A stretch of 64,000 bases of DNA, from positions 128,001 through 192,000 of the IMG/VR virus record IMGVR_UViG_3300011559_000001; one strand, 5' to 3'. The position numbers and the translations under genes are program-made. This document shows, piece by piece, positions 17,054-26,959 of this stretch; positions within the stretch are counted from its first letter, which is position 1, and each line of letters opens with the position of its first letter. Origin of the DNA: a virus. Lineage: Duplodnaviria; Caudoviricetes. The notes beneath the pieces are model-generated. The model saw only the letters and a list, made by a program, of their open reading frames with translations, was not told where the DNA came from and made no database searches.

Positions 17054-18082
17054 CTAGATACGGCCGTTGGGGCCAGAGAGCGTTGCCGTAGTTGTACCGC
17101 CGGCCAGTGTGACCGGAGACTGGAAGGTGGCCGACATTTCAAAGTTGCAAGCACCCTTGAAGGTCATCGTACCGCCGTTGGCTGCACCCACCAGACTGCC
17201 ACCGATACTGACATTGCCAGAGAAGGTGGTGTTGGGGGTGGTGAAGGTGTTCTGGTTGGATTCAACCGTGTAGTTGGGTGTGCGGACCGTGTAACTTTCA
17301 CTGGCTTCCACCAAGGCCGTCTCGGTCATCATCACGTACTGCTTGGTCTGGAACATGATCGACTTGTCGGCGATCATCAAGATCTTGTCTTTGGCATAGC
17401 CGTAGAAGATCTCCTTGTTCAGGCGCAGGATCGTGCCGTCCCCGTTCTGGATGGCAATGTCCTTCTCCACCGTGTCCCAGTTCAGGAAATTACCGAAGTT
17501 GTCCTGGATGGCAATGATACCGTCCTTGGTATTGATCTGGACGGTGTACACACCCTTCTCACCGTTCTTGTCGGTGGTCTCGATGTGCAGCATTCCTTCA
17601 TGGGTGGACAGCTGGACGTGGTAGAAGTTGGTCGAGTCGGTCATATCGGCCGATTCGTCCTTGGTGGCCGACAGACGGAAGTGGATGGTCTCCAGTCGAC
17701 GCAGGTGGTCATCCCAGCCGGTGGCGGTCCAGTAGAACTGGTCCAGATCGGCGTAGCGCCAGATAATCACCCGTTCGCCACGACGCACGTCGGGCGGGGT
17801 ATGGCGGTTGGAACCCATCGGCAACCACGTTGCCGTCAGTGCCGTGTTCAGGGTCACCGTGGTGGTGTATTCAGAACCATCGGGTGTGGTACCACTGACC
17901 GAGGATTCAAAGGGCAGTGAGACCAGCTCACCGTCCATGTCCCCCAAGTGTTCGATGGGGGTTACTTCCAAGTTGCGCTCAGGCTGACCAGTCTCTGCAT
18001 TGACCAAGGCCTTGTTATTGGCAGCACGGCCAATGGAGTAAAAGCGCAGCTTGGAGACATCAACGTCGTCCGGGTTGGACAT
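17054..18082 (-). CDS. Baseplate central spike-like protein (phiKZ gp164-like)
   Basis: ATWLP..SNR.TPPDVRRGERV OB-fold motif, then a repetitive beta-strand C-terminus; AGGAG RBS before ATG 18082. Confidence 0.72.
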   Translation of the reverse strand: MSNPDDVDVSKLRFYSIGRAANNKALVNAETGQPERNLEVTPIEHLGDMDGELVSLPFESSVSGTTPDGSEYTTTVTLNTALTATWLPMGSNRHTPPDVRRGERVIIWRYADLDQFYWTATGWDDHLRRLETIHFRLSATKDESADMTDSTNFYHVQLSTHEGMLHIETTDKNGEKGVYTVQINTKDGIIAIQDNFGNFLNWDTVEKDIAIQNGDGTILRLNKEIFYGYAKDKILMIADKSIMFQTKQYVMMTETALVEASESYTVRTPNYTVESNQNTFTTPNTTFSGNVSIGGSLVGAANGGTMTFKGACNFEMSATFQSPVTLAGGTTTATLSGPNGRI

Positions 18083-18183
18083 ACGGCACTCCTGCTTAAA
18101 GATCCATACAATTGCCGGGTAAAGTTTTACCGTCTCGAACAAGGCTATGTACAGTACCAAATATTCCAAGGTCTCCCACGCAC

Positions 18184-20643
18184 ATGAAGATCGAGAGATT
18201 TGAGGTCTACGGGTTCAAGCGTCTGATGCTGAACAACATCAAGCATCTGATCTACACCCCGAACTCAACCCACCAGCTGATCTTGGGCACCAACGGCTCA
18301 GGCAAGAGCTCGGTCCTGAGTGAGCTGTCCCCACTGCCGGGGCATCATTCCAACTACACCAAAGACGGCTACAAGAAGATCACCCTGCGCCATCGTGGTG
18401 TGGTCTACCAGTGCGAGTCGGTGTTCCGCCACAACAAGCATTCCTTCATTGTCGATGGTGAAGAGCTCAACCCGGGCGGCACCGCCCAGGCACAGGCCAC
18501 GCTGGCCTTGCAGCACTTTGGCATTGACAAGGACATCCATGAACTGCTGACCGGTGAAGTGCGTCTGTCGCAGCTGCCGGCCGGCGAGCGTCGTAAGTGG
18601 ATCACCAAGATTTCCCGTGCCGACTACGGCTTTGCCATGGGCGAGTTCCGTAAGTTCGCCGGACGGGCGCGTGACCAGCAAGGTGCCTTGAAGCACCTGC
18701 GTACACGACTGGCCCAAGAGATCCACAACCTGCAATCGATGCAGGACGTAGACGGGTTGGCCGACCGTGCCGCCAAGCTGCGTGAGGAACTCAACTACCT
18801 GATGCTGGAGCGTATTCCGAATCTGCCTTCGTTGGAAGCGCAGAAGCAGAAGATGCAGGTCCTACATGGCAACATCAGCACGCTGGCTGCGGACTACTTC
18901 CGCAGCATCGCTTATATGCCCGCCGACAAGGCCTACCGCAGTAACGAGGACGTCGTCTTTGACATCCAGCGGTTGGACACCAACATCCAGTCTGAACAAG
19001 CTTTGCTGCAGCGCATGGGTAATGAGTACTCGGACATGGAAGCGGTGATCAATGCGGTACAGGTCGATGCCGGTGAATCGCTGGAAGACCTGCCTACCTT
19101 GATCCAGCGCCAGTTGGAGGAACTGACCCAGCTGCGGCTGAATCCGACCTTGTTCCGGGAGTTGTCCAGCCCGGCTGAGATCCAGCGTGACTGGCGTGCC
19201 ATTGGTGACGAAGTCCAAGTGACCTTCCGGGCACTACCGGATAACATGGACCGTAAGTTCAGTCGTGATGCCGTAGACAAGGCCGCCGGTGAGATCCGGC
19301 ACCTGCAAGGCAAGATCGACCATTCGATGGCCAAGGTCAACCAGCTCTCCAACAAGATCGCCTTGATGGAAGAAGCGCAGGAGACTCAGTGTCCCAGCTG
19401 TAAGTACGTCTGGAAGCCGGGTTACTCGGCACAGGAGTTGGAGCAGAATCGTCAGTGGCGCATTGACCATGTGGCCGAAGCCGACGGCCACCGGGCCAAG
19501 ATCAAGGAACTGGAAGCGTTTATCGAAGAGTGCAGCGGCTATACCGAACTGTACAATCGCTTTCGCGGTTTCGTGCAAGGCTATCCGCGCCTGCGCCCGT
19601 TGTGGGATCACATCCTGACCAACCAGCTGCTGTTGGATAACCCCAAGGGTAATCTGGGGCTGTTCACCACCTGGGCACGTGATCTGGATCTGAACGTCCA
19701 GCACGAAGAGGGCCTCAAGCGCCTCCAGCACTATCAGGAGGTCCACGAACGCCAGACCAGTATGGGAGACACCGCTCACTTCACCAAGCGCATGCTGAGC
19801 CTGCAGCGCGAGATTGAGCAGGCTACCGCACAGCTGCTGTCCCAGCGCGGTGAGCGGGCAACGGTGGAGCGCTTCTACCGAAAACTGCAACAGCTGCAGT
19901 CCATCCATCTGCGCATGCAGAACGACTACAACGAGATCGAACGCATCCGCGGTGTCCTGCTGGACTCGCTGCGCAATGAGATCATCGATGAGACCGTGAT
20001 GGCCCACCAGCTGGAGCTCGGTGGCATTACCCGTCGACTGTCGGAAAAGGAAGGACAGGAAGGTATCGTCCGTGACTTGGAAACGAGCATGGGTGAGGTG
20101 GAGATCGATGCCAAGGCGTGGCAGGTCCTCACCAACCTGCTCTCGCCCAACGAGGGCTTGATTGCCGAACAGCTGTCCAGTGACATCGGCTGCATGGTAG
20201 CCCAGTTGAACTCGATCATCGGATCGATCTGGAGCTACGACATGACCGTGCTGTCGTGCGGTCTGGATACCGGTGAGTTGGACTACAAGTTCCCCGTGCA
20301 GTTTGCCGCCTCGGACAACCAGAGTCCGGACGTAGCCAAAACCTCCAAGGGTCAGCGACAGGTGATTGACTTTGCCTTCCAGCTGACTGTCATGCTCTAT
20401 CTGGACCTGACCGACTATCCGTTGTTCTTGGATGAGCCCGGTGAAGGTTTTGATGAAGCCCATCGCGTCAAGCTGATGGACTTTGTCAAGCAGTTGATGG
20501 ATAGCAACCGTCACAGCCAGTTGTTCATGATCTCCCACTACGCTTCGAGCCACGGCTCGTTCACCAATGCCGAAGTGATGGTGCTGGACAGTTCGAACAT
20601 CGCCATTCCCGGCGTCTACAATCAACATGTGGTCCTCGGGTAA
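18184..20643 (+). CDS. sbcC: SbcC/Rad50-like SMC ATPase
   Basis: Walker A GTNGSGKS, long coiled coils with CPSC zinc hook, signature SKGQ, Walker B LFLDE, ISH loop. Confidence 0.92.
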   Translation: MKIERFEVYGFKRLMLNNIKHLIYTPNSTHQLILGTNGSGKSSVLSELSPLPGHHSNYTKDGYKKITLRHRGVVYQCESVFRHNKHSFIVDGEELNPGGTAQAQATLALQHFGIDKDIHELLTGEVRLSQLPAGERRKWITKISRADYGFAMGEFRKFAGRARDQQGALKHLRTRLAQEIHNLQSMQDVDGLADRAAKLREELNYLMLERIPNLPSLEAQKQKMQVLHGNISTLAADYFRSIAYMPADKAYRSNEDVVFDIQRLDTNIQSEQALLQRMGNEYSDMEAVINAVQVDAGESLEDLPTLIQRQLEELTQLRLNPTLFRELSSPAEIQRDWRAIGDEVQVTFRALPDNMDRKFSRDAVDKAAGEIRHLQGKIDHSMAKVNQLSNKIALMEEAQETQCPSCKYVWKPGYSAQELEQNRQWRIDHVAEADGHRAKIKELEAFIEECSGYTELYNRFRGFVQGYPRLRPLWDHILTNQLLLDNPKGNLGLFTTWARDLDLNVQHEEGLKRLQHYQEVHERQTSMGDTAHFTKRMLSLQREIEQATAQLLSQRGERATVERFYRKLQQLQSIHLRMQNDYNEIERIRGVLLDSLRNEIIDETVMAHQLELGGITRRLSEKEGQEGIVRDLETSMGEVEIDAKAWQVLTNLLSPNEGLIAEQLSSDIGCMVAQLNSIIGSIWSYDMTVLSCGLDTGELDYKFPVQFAASDNQSPDVAKTSKGQRQVIDFAFQLTVMLYLDLTDYPLFLDEPGEGFDEAHRVKLMDFVKQLMDSNRHSQLFMISHYASSHGSFTNAEVMVLDSSNIAIPGVYNQHVVLG

Positions 20644-20675
20644 CCGAGGACCTTTTCCTTTGTGAGAGAGCACAG

Positions 20676-21938
20676 ATGGACAAAGACCACACCAAACGCT
20701 ATCGCCCATCCGCTGCCGAACTGGCACTGGAAGCGCGGCTCATGGCACTGACCCATGTGCTGCAGAACTTCGCAGCTCGCGTGCGCATGAATCTGCCCAA
20801 TGTCGGCGATCTGGATATGGGAATGCTGAACTGCGCGCCCGGTATCATGATGGGACAAATTTCCGACCAGGGCATGATCGATGGACATGGACCGCGGTTT
20901 GTGGCCAAGTATCATCTGGCCGCCAGTGACGAAGAGCGCCGCACGTTGCTGGAGACGCTGCCTCAGGTGGGCGGTTACGATAGCCGACTGATCTGGGCTG
21001 ATCTGGTCGGACTCACCGCCGAGGCGCGCTTGGGTTATCAGGGCGATGCTCAGGTCAGTCCGCAATGGGTCGACTGGTATGAAAGAGTGATGGACCCCGA
21101 AACTATCCGCCCTGTGGTCTTGGACGGTACCCTCCAAGACATTGCCAGTGCGGTCACTACGTGGTCCTCCACTGGTGATCCGTGTATTGCTGACAGCTTC
21201 GACTGTGTGCGGTTCAAGACCAGCGAAACTGAACGTAAGGACGGTTATCGCGACTCCGTCAAGGTTCCGGCCACCGACACGTTGTATGCCGTCATGGGCA
21301 TCGCCGAACTCAACGTCTATGTCTTGGTGAGTCACGTCAAGTCGACTTACAACAACCGCAACACGCGCGTCGCTCCGCGCTTCGAAAAATGCATCTGGTG
21401 GAACCGACACGAACAGTGTTGGAATACCACCGAGGTCAACTTCAATGCGTCGTATCAGGAGGCCATCACCCGGCGCTATCTGAAGTACACCATGATGCCC
21501 GACTTTGACTACGTCTCTCTGGATGAGATGGCCGTGATGGGCAAGGCGCTCCTGGACCACCTGACGGCCAATGGGGACTGGTACAAGTCGGCCCAAGCTT
21601 ACGGGAACCCCACCAAGCAGACCACGGTGACCCTGCCCGGTGTGTTGCGCTTCAGGTTCAGGCGCAGTAACTACGGCGATGGCGATGTGATGTACCCGCT
21701 TTATCAGGGCAACCAGTACCCGCCGGAATGGCCCATCGCTTACAAGTTCGATCGTGAGTGGGACAGGCTGCCCCTGTACGGTCAGGATGAGCACAAGTAC
21801 ATCAAGACGAGCTTGCCGATCCTGCCCTACGCGCGCCGTGAGGCATTCGATGCGATCTACCAGTTCATCAACGCCGATCCTTCGCAGTTGGTCATCGTGC
21901 ACGAAGGTGGCGAGAGCGACGACGACGACGACAATTAA
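20676..21938 (+). CDS. Hypothetical protein
   Basis: 420-aa ORF with GAGAG RBS and acidic tail; no recognised motif. Confidence 0.7.
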   Translation: MDKDHTKRYRPSAAELALEARLMALTHVLQNFAARVRMNLPNVGDLDMGMLNCAPGIMMGQISDQGMIDGHGPRFVAKYHLAASDEERRTLLETLPQVGGYDSRLIWADLVGLTAEARLGYQGDAQVSPQWVDWYERVMDPETIRPVVLDGTLQDIASAVTTWSSTGDPCIADSFDCVRFKTSETERKDGYRDSVKVPATDTLYAVMGIAELNVYVLVSHVKSTYNNRNTRVAPRFEKCIWWNRHEQCWNTTEVNFNASYQEAITRRYLKYTMMPDFDYVSLDEMAVMGKALLDHLTANGDWYKSAQAYGNPTKQTTVTLPGVLRFRFRRSNYGDGDVMYPLYQGNQYPPEWPIAYKFDREWDRLPLYGQDEHKYIKTSLPILPYARREAFDAIYQFINADPSQLVIVHEGGESDDDDDN

Positions 21939-21992
21939 CTTTTACACCCCACCGGATCCTATGGGTCCGCCCACGCAACCATTCCCAAACAA

Positions 21993-23054
21993 GTGACCAT
22001 GATGTCCACCAAAAAGAACATTCCCAACTTTGGCCGCCAGCCGGTCAATGTGATTGCCCTGGAACGCCGCGTTGCCGTACTGGCCCAGTTCGCCGGCGAC
22101 CTGCTGACCCTGCTGGCCACCGAGTACCCCTCGCTGAAGGACAAGTTCAGCAAGCTCGGTCAGGAAGCCCAGGCACGTCTGACGCAGATCGATGCCTCGG
22201 TCGGTGAGATGACCCTGTTCGGCCATGGTCCGCACGGTGTGATCGTGTCCCAGGGTCTGAAGACCGAAAAGGACAACAAGGCCTTCGAAGCGTGCTTCCC
22301 AGTGCCGGCTGAAAAGCCGCTGCAGGTCCAGCAGCTGCTGGCCGTGCTGGAGAACTACCTCGCCCTGGACGGTGCCAGTGAACACGGCCGCGGCTACGTG
22401 CTGCCGGATGAGTCGCTGTTCGGCAACCACGTCAAGGATGCCAGCAAGATCATCAACCAGGACCTGCTGGAACAGGCCGACGGCCTGTGGGTGCTCAAGA
22501 CCGAAGATGGTCAGGCCACCTACACCCTGAAGCTGGCCATCGACGAGCACGTGCTGCTGTTCACCCCGACCAGCGGCCCGACCCTGGTCACCTACAGCAG
22601 CATCGAAGGTCGCTGGGTTCCGCACGGCCAGTGGGCCCTGCTCGACGCCGATACCGCAGTGCGTGCCGTGGAAGCCTTCTTCGAGAAGACCAACGTGCGC
22701 GATGCCACCGCCGGCGAGCTGCAGAAGCTCTACGTCCAGACCCGCCAGATCCCGCGCGAAAACCTGGAGAAGATCGCCACCGTCACCGGTGATGCACATC
22801 CGGACGTCGACCTGATCGTGGGCGAGTTCTTCAAGATCCACCTGACCTTCGAAGGCGACCACAGCATCATCAGCCAGCGCGATGACGTGCAGTGGACCGA
22901 CCTGACCCTGCAGACCCGCCGTCGCCTGTTCCGTGAAGCGGTGGCCAAGGTCCAGTCCCAGCTGCCGGTGCCCAAGGAAGCTGAGCCGGCCAAGAAGACC
23001 GTCGCCAAGAAGGCGGTCAAGAAGGCTGCTGCTAAGAAGGCCACCAAGGCATGA
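21993..23054 (+). CDS. Hypothetical protein with Lys/Ala-rich (histone H1-like) C-terminal tail
   Basis: Strong codon bias; ends PAKKTVAKKAVKKAAAKKATKA. Confidence 0.75.
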   Translation: MTMMSTKKNIPNFGRQPVNVIALERRVAVLAQFAGDLLTLLATEYPSLKDKFSKLGQEAQARLTQIDASVGEMTLFGHGPHGVIVSQGLKTEKDNKAFEACFPVPAEKPLQVQQLLAVLENYLALDGASEHGRGYVLPDESLFGNHVKDASKIINQDLLEQADGLWVLKTEDGQATYTLKLAIDEHVLLFTPTSGPTLVTYSSIEGRWVPHGQWALLDADTAVRAVEAFFEKTNVRDATAGELQKLYVQTRQIPRENLEKIATVTGDAHPDVDLIVGEFFKIHLTFEGDHSIISQRDDVQWTDLTLQTRRRLFREAVAKVQSQLPVPKEAEPAKKTVAKKAVKKAAAKKATKA

Positions 23055-23530
23055 GCTTGGTCCGAGTGACTATCCCATCCAAGGAACTGGCCGGTTACGT
23101 ACCGACCTTGCCGCTGGATCAGCTGCCTGCCGATGTGCGCCCGGCAATCGAGCAGGCCATGGGTTCGGCACATGTCACCCCGGTCTTCGCTTTCGCAGTC
23201 GGCGTGGATATGCTCGGACTGCAGCTGACCATGAAGGCGGTCAAGGTGACGCCGGCCGTGGTCTCCACCTGGGTGCAACTGCTGGAGGACTACGGTTGGG
23301 GTAACAACCTGCGTACGCCGGACCTGCAGTTGTCGATGCTGGCCAACGCCATCAAGGCGATGGCGCAGGCTCAGAACGCCCCCGACGCGCTGCGTTTGGA
23401 AGGGATCGTGTACAACCTGATCGTGGAAGTCTGCGAAGGCGACCAAGCGGTCAGCGATTACATGACCAAGGTGCTGATCACCGACAAGGGCATGACCCTG
23501 CCGTGGGCCCTGGCCGTACCACCGCTGTAA
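23051..23530 (+). CDS. Hypothetical protein
   Basis: ATGA overlap with the upstream stop; codon usage typical of the genome. Confidence 0.7.
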   Translation: MSLVRVTIPSKELAGYVPTLPLDQLPADVRPAIEQAMGSAHVTPVFAFAVGVDMLGLQLTMKAVKVTPAVVSTWVQLLEDYGWGNNLRTPDLQLSMLANAIKAMAQAQNAPDALRLEGIVYNLIVEVCEGDQAVSDYMTKVLITDKGMTLPWALAVPPL

Positions 23531-23535
23531 ATCAA

Positions 23536-23575
23536 CAGCATAGACCCCCGCCCAAACGGGCGGGGGCTTATGTCG
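23536..23575. terminator. Bidirectional GCATA-hairpin-TATG element
   Basis: CAGCATAGA-CCCCCGCCC-AAAC-GGGCGGGGG-CTTATGTCG between convergent genes. Confidence 0.8.
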
Positions 23576-23576
23576 G

Positions 23577-24188
23577 TTACCCGTTTTGCAGATCGCGGAT
23601 GATGGCTTCCAGTGCCTTGATGTTCGCCGCTTGGGCGTCGATCACGGCCTGCTGCTGTACGACCGTTGCCCGATCGGTGGTGCGATTGGTGATGGCGGCT
23701 TGCCGGACTGCTTCGAGCGTCGCGTGCTGTTCTGCGGTCACCACTCCCGCATAGGGAGCGGCAAGGATCTCCACCACGGCGTCCACACCAGTGATGTCAG
23801 ATGCCACTGAAGCCAACGAAGCCTTCAGGTGCACCAAGTCCACGTCATCGGGCAGCGGGCCTACCAAGACGGACCCTACGATGCGCTTGTAGGGAACGCC
23901 GGACAGGTCCGGGAACTTTTCGATGAACGTGTCGGGGACATGGATCACGGCCGAGACGGCCGACTGCAGGGTGACGATGTGCGCCCCTTCTGCCTTGTCA
24001 GCCAAGTACTGTTCTTCAGGTACGTTCCTCGGCGCGTAGTACTTGGTGAAGACATCCTCGCCACGGTTGACGAAGTCTTCAAAGCTACGGATGGCGATGC
24101 ACTCATAGAGCGTATCGCCCAACGTGCTCCACGGCGTGCGCAGGGAGTAGATGCCCTTGGCGTGCAAGGATGGCGTGTTACGTGCCAT
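23577..24188 (-). CDS. Putative virion structural protein
   Basis: TP…KG.Y.L..PW start, VP..FI..FPD motif, C-terminal coiled coil; GGAG RBS. Confidence 0.65.
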   Translation of the reverse strand: MARNTPSLHAKGIYSLRTPWSTLGDTLYECIAIRSFEDFVNRGEDVFTKYYAPRNVPEEQYLADKAEGAHIVTLQSAVSAVIHVPDTFIEKFPDLSGVPYKRIVGSVLVGPLPDDVDLVHLKASLASVASDITGVDAVVEILAAPYAGVVTAEQHATLEAVRQAAITNRTTDRATVVQQQAVIDAQAANIKALEAIIRDLQNG

Positions 24189-24199
24189 AGCTCAACTCC

Positions 24200-25948
24200 T
24201 TAGGTCTGCGGACCGGTGTAGATGTGCAGGGTGAATTCCTTCTGCGAGACCACGCCGGTGTCATCGGTGATCTTGGCGGTGACCTTGATGTCGCCGGCAG
24301 CCAACGGATCGGCCGAGAAGTCACCGGTATCCGGATCAAGCACTGCACCGGAGAGCTTGCTGACGTCGGAGACCTTGACCAGCTCGTAACGATACGGCTG
24401 CGTGCCGCCAATACCCACGAACTTGGTACGGTACTTGCCAGCGGCGATATTGGCGTTCGGCATGGCCGAGACACCTTCAGCACCGTTGGAGGTGATGCGC
24501 AGTGCGTCCACGCCGCGCGGCGGGAAGTACGACTGCACCGACTGGCGCGAGGCCACCAGGTACTGGATGTTGTTGTAGTTGGCCACCACGTACATGAACG
24601 TCTCACCGGCCGGGTTGGTACGGCGCAGGCGGGTCATGGGGTAGGGCTGCTGCGGCAGGTCGGAGAAATCGGTCATCGACTCGGCCACGTACAGCATGTT
24701 GTTCAGCATCTGCACCCAACGCTGGGTGTCCGGCTGCATGCGGTTGAAGTCGGTCGATCCGGTGACCACGGACATATAGTCCGGCCAGACTTCCTCGAAG
24801 CGATCCTGCCCGTTGCGGTTCTCCGGACCACCAGTGATCAGCAGGGCCAGCGACTTGTAGGGCACACCCACCACGGCCATGACCGAATCGATGTGTTCCT
24901 GCGTGTAGGCCGTACCGGTGCAGGTACGACGGGCCGTGGACAGCGCGTTGAGGGCATTGACAGTGGGCGAGTACACGCCGTCCTGCAAGGTCTCATTGGG
25001 CACTGCCATCTGGCTCCACATCGGCGTCACGATGAACTCGGTGGAGGTGAAGATGTCCGGGAAAATGACCGCCCACTCTTCACGAGTGTGGGTGGAGTTG
25101 TCCAGAATCCAGTTGGCCAGGCCTTCCTTGATCGAGTCGACGTTGTCACCGGCAATGCCGTAGATGACAAACGACCAGTTCGTCGGCAAGGTCCAATCCT
25201 TGTCGTTCGGATCGTGGTACAGGAAGTTGATGGTGCGGATCTTGGTTTCCGGCTGCCCGTCCTTGATCTGGTCGATCAAGATGTGGGTCTCTTCCATCGT
25301 CCGTGCCTTGACCTTCACCTCGACTTGGTCAGCCAGCAGGAAGAAGTCATCCAGACGGGCGTTGTCGATCGGGGCCAGGAACTCGAGGTTGAACTCGTCA
25401 TACTCACTGGCGAAGGCCTCGTTGGCAAACCAGATCTTGGCTCGCGAACGTTCCAGCTCGGCCCGTACGGCCGGGTCCCAGGTTGCGCCCAGCGCATCCG
25501 GGTTGATATAGAAGGTGAGACTGGCCGGCAGCCAGACACCGTCTTGGGAGATCATCTGACCTACGACCGCATCGCGGATCTGCCCGTCGTACTCAGCCAT
25601 CAGCAACTGACGGCACAGTTCGGCGTTGTTGGTGAACGTACCGTTGAGCGCTTGGGTATGGCACCAGCGCATCATCGACGTCAGCAACGTGGCGTAGGGG
25701 GTGGGGACTTCGAAATAGTCGTCCTCCGGGGTCCGGCTGGAGAACACAGCCAGTTCCAGCGTGGTGGGGCTACCACCGGTGGAGGTCGTGGCGAAGTACG
25801 CACGGTCCTTGGCGTAGGTGGAACTGCGCAGCGAAAGTTCGCCCAACGGAGCGACCTCGTAGCGTACATTGTCCACGAATGCACCGATGGACACGAAGCC
25901 CTTCAGGCTGTACGTGTCCGCCAGATTCGGGTTGTTGGGGTTACTCAC
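24200..25948 (-). CDS. Virion structural protein (phiKZ gp157-like) with C-terminal Ig-like extension
   Basis: Y.LKGF…LGELS..S.TY..D and W..IFPDIF..TEF motifs; tail GGTQPYRY…LDPDTG…VTAKITD resembles a He_PIG Ig-like repeat. Confidence 0.7.
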   Translation of the reverse strand: MSNPNNPNLADTYSLKGFVSIGAFVDNVRYEVAPLGELSLRSSTYAKDRAYFATTSTGGSPTTLELAVFSSRTPEDDYFEVPTPYATLLTSMMRWCHTQALNGTFTNNAELCRQLLMAEYDGQIRDAVVGQMISQDGVWLPASLTFYINPDALGATWDPAVRAELERSRAKIWFANEAFASEYDEFNLEFLAPIDNARLDDFFLLADQVEVKVKARTMEETHILIDQIKDGQPETKIRTINFLYHDPNDKDWTLPTNWSFVIYGIAGDNVDSIKEGLANWILDNSTHTREEWAVIFPDIFTSTEFIVTPMWSQMAVPNETLQDGVYSPTVNALNALSTARRTCTGTAYTQEHIDSVMAVVGVPYKSLALLITGGPENRNGQDRFEEVWPDYMSVVTGSTDFNRMQPDTQRWVQMLNNMLYVAESMTDFSDLPQQPYPMTRLRRTNPAGETFMYVVANYNNIQYLVASRQSVQSYFPPRGVDALRITSNGAEGVSAMPNANIAAGKYRTKFVGIGGTQPYRYELVKVSDVSKLSGAVLDPDTGDFSADPLAAGDIKVTAKITDDTGVVSQKEFTLHIYTGPQT

Positions 25949-26018
25949 GGGATAGCTCCATGTGTGGGTTCGGCTTAATCTATGACGGAACTCTATACCA
26001 TAACCCTAAAAGGCCCTT

Positions 26019-26585
26019 ATGTCCTTTCTCACGATCTTCGTCACGATCGCCCGAGAACTCTTCCCGTTTTTGAAGGAAGCGTTGTTGGAAGGTCAGACCT
26101 TCAGGGTGTGGCTCAAAACGAATTGGTTGACCTTTGCCTGGCTTGTGAACACTGCGTTTTTGGTTCTGATGATCGTCCATCTGTCCGATCTTCTGACCAA
26201 AGCCCATCGCAGTGAGAACGAGATGTTTGGTCAAGTAAGCTCTTTGCGTGCGCCGATCGAGAAGATGGTGGCGCGCAATAAGGAGTTGGCTGCTCGCAAC
26301 GAGCAATTGGCATCGGAGCATGCCGAGCTGAGTTTGTTCAAAACTACCAATGAACCCAAGATCGAGCAATACGAACAGTGGATGCAACACTGTGGCGTAA
26401 ACCTCGATACCGGGCAATGCAAAGCAGTCCGTCAACCGGTACGGCCCGCCCGGGCTAAGCCTACACCCACCGCCCCTCCACCGAACATCAATCTGCCGCA
26501 ACCGCAGCCGGAGCAGAAGCCCACCTTTATGCAACGCATCCGTAAGATGCTCGGTGGTAACAAGAACAAGAACGAGGAAGACTAA
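26019..26585 (+). CDS. Putative inner-membrane spanin (i-spanin)
   Basis: N-terminal TM helix, periplasmic coiled coil, two Cys, Pro-rich segment; TAATG-coupled to a lipoprotein gene. Confidence 0.6.
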   Translation: MSFLTIFVTIARELFPFLKEALLEGQTFRVWLKTNWLTFAWLVNTAFLVLMIVHLSDLLTKAHRSENEMFGQVSSLRAPIEKMVARNKELAARNEQLASEHAELSLFKTTNEPKIEQYEQWMQHCGVNLDTGQCKAVRQPVRPARAKPTPTAPPPNINLPQPQPEQKPTFMQRIRKMLGGNKNKNEED

Positions 26586-26902
26586 TGAGCCGCGCACTTG
26601 TGCTGCTGCTCTGTTTGTCGTTGACCGGGTGTGTAACCATCACCATGCCCACTACCCCACCTCAAGCGTCGCCCCCGGTTGCTGACCGGGCGGCGACGGC
26701 TTGTCGTCCTTTTGTCCCGCCTCAGCGCCGGGCAGTACCCAGTCAGCCCAATATCCCCGAGCAAGAAGGGGAATACGTGGCGTTTCTGGAAACACTGACC
26801 GAACGCATGGTGGGCTATATCGGCGAGCTGCGTGAGTACATCGACAAAGAGCACGATGCTGAAGACCAGGCCTTGCGGAAACACCAACTGGACTGCCAGT
26901 GA
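26585..26902 (+). CDS. Outer-membrane lipoprotein, putative o-spanin
   Basis: Signal peptide with lipobox LTG-C, Pro-rich mature part, internal and C-terminal Cys. Confidence 0.7.
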   Translation: MSRALVLLLCLSLTGCVTITMPTTPPQASPPVADRAATACRPFVPPQRRAVPSQPNIPEQEGEYVAFLETLTERMVGYIGELREYIDKEHDAEDQALRKHQLDCQ

Positions 26903-26959
26903 GTGTAATTCGTTACCGGTCCCCTCCATACTACGATAGGTGGATTCCACGGATTAAAC

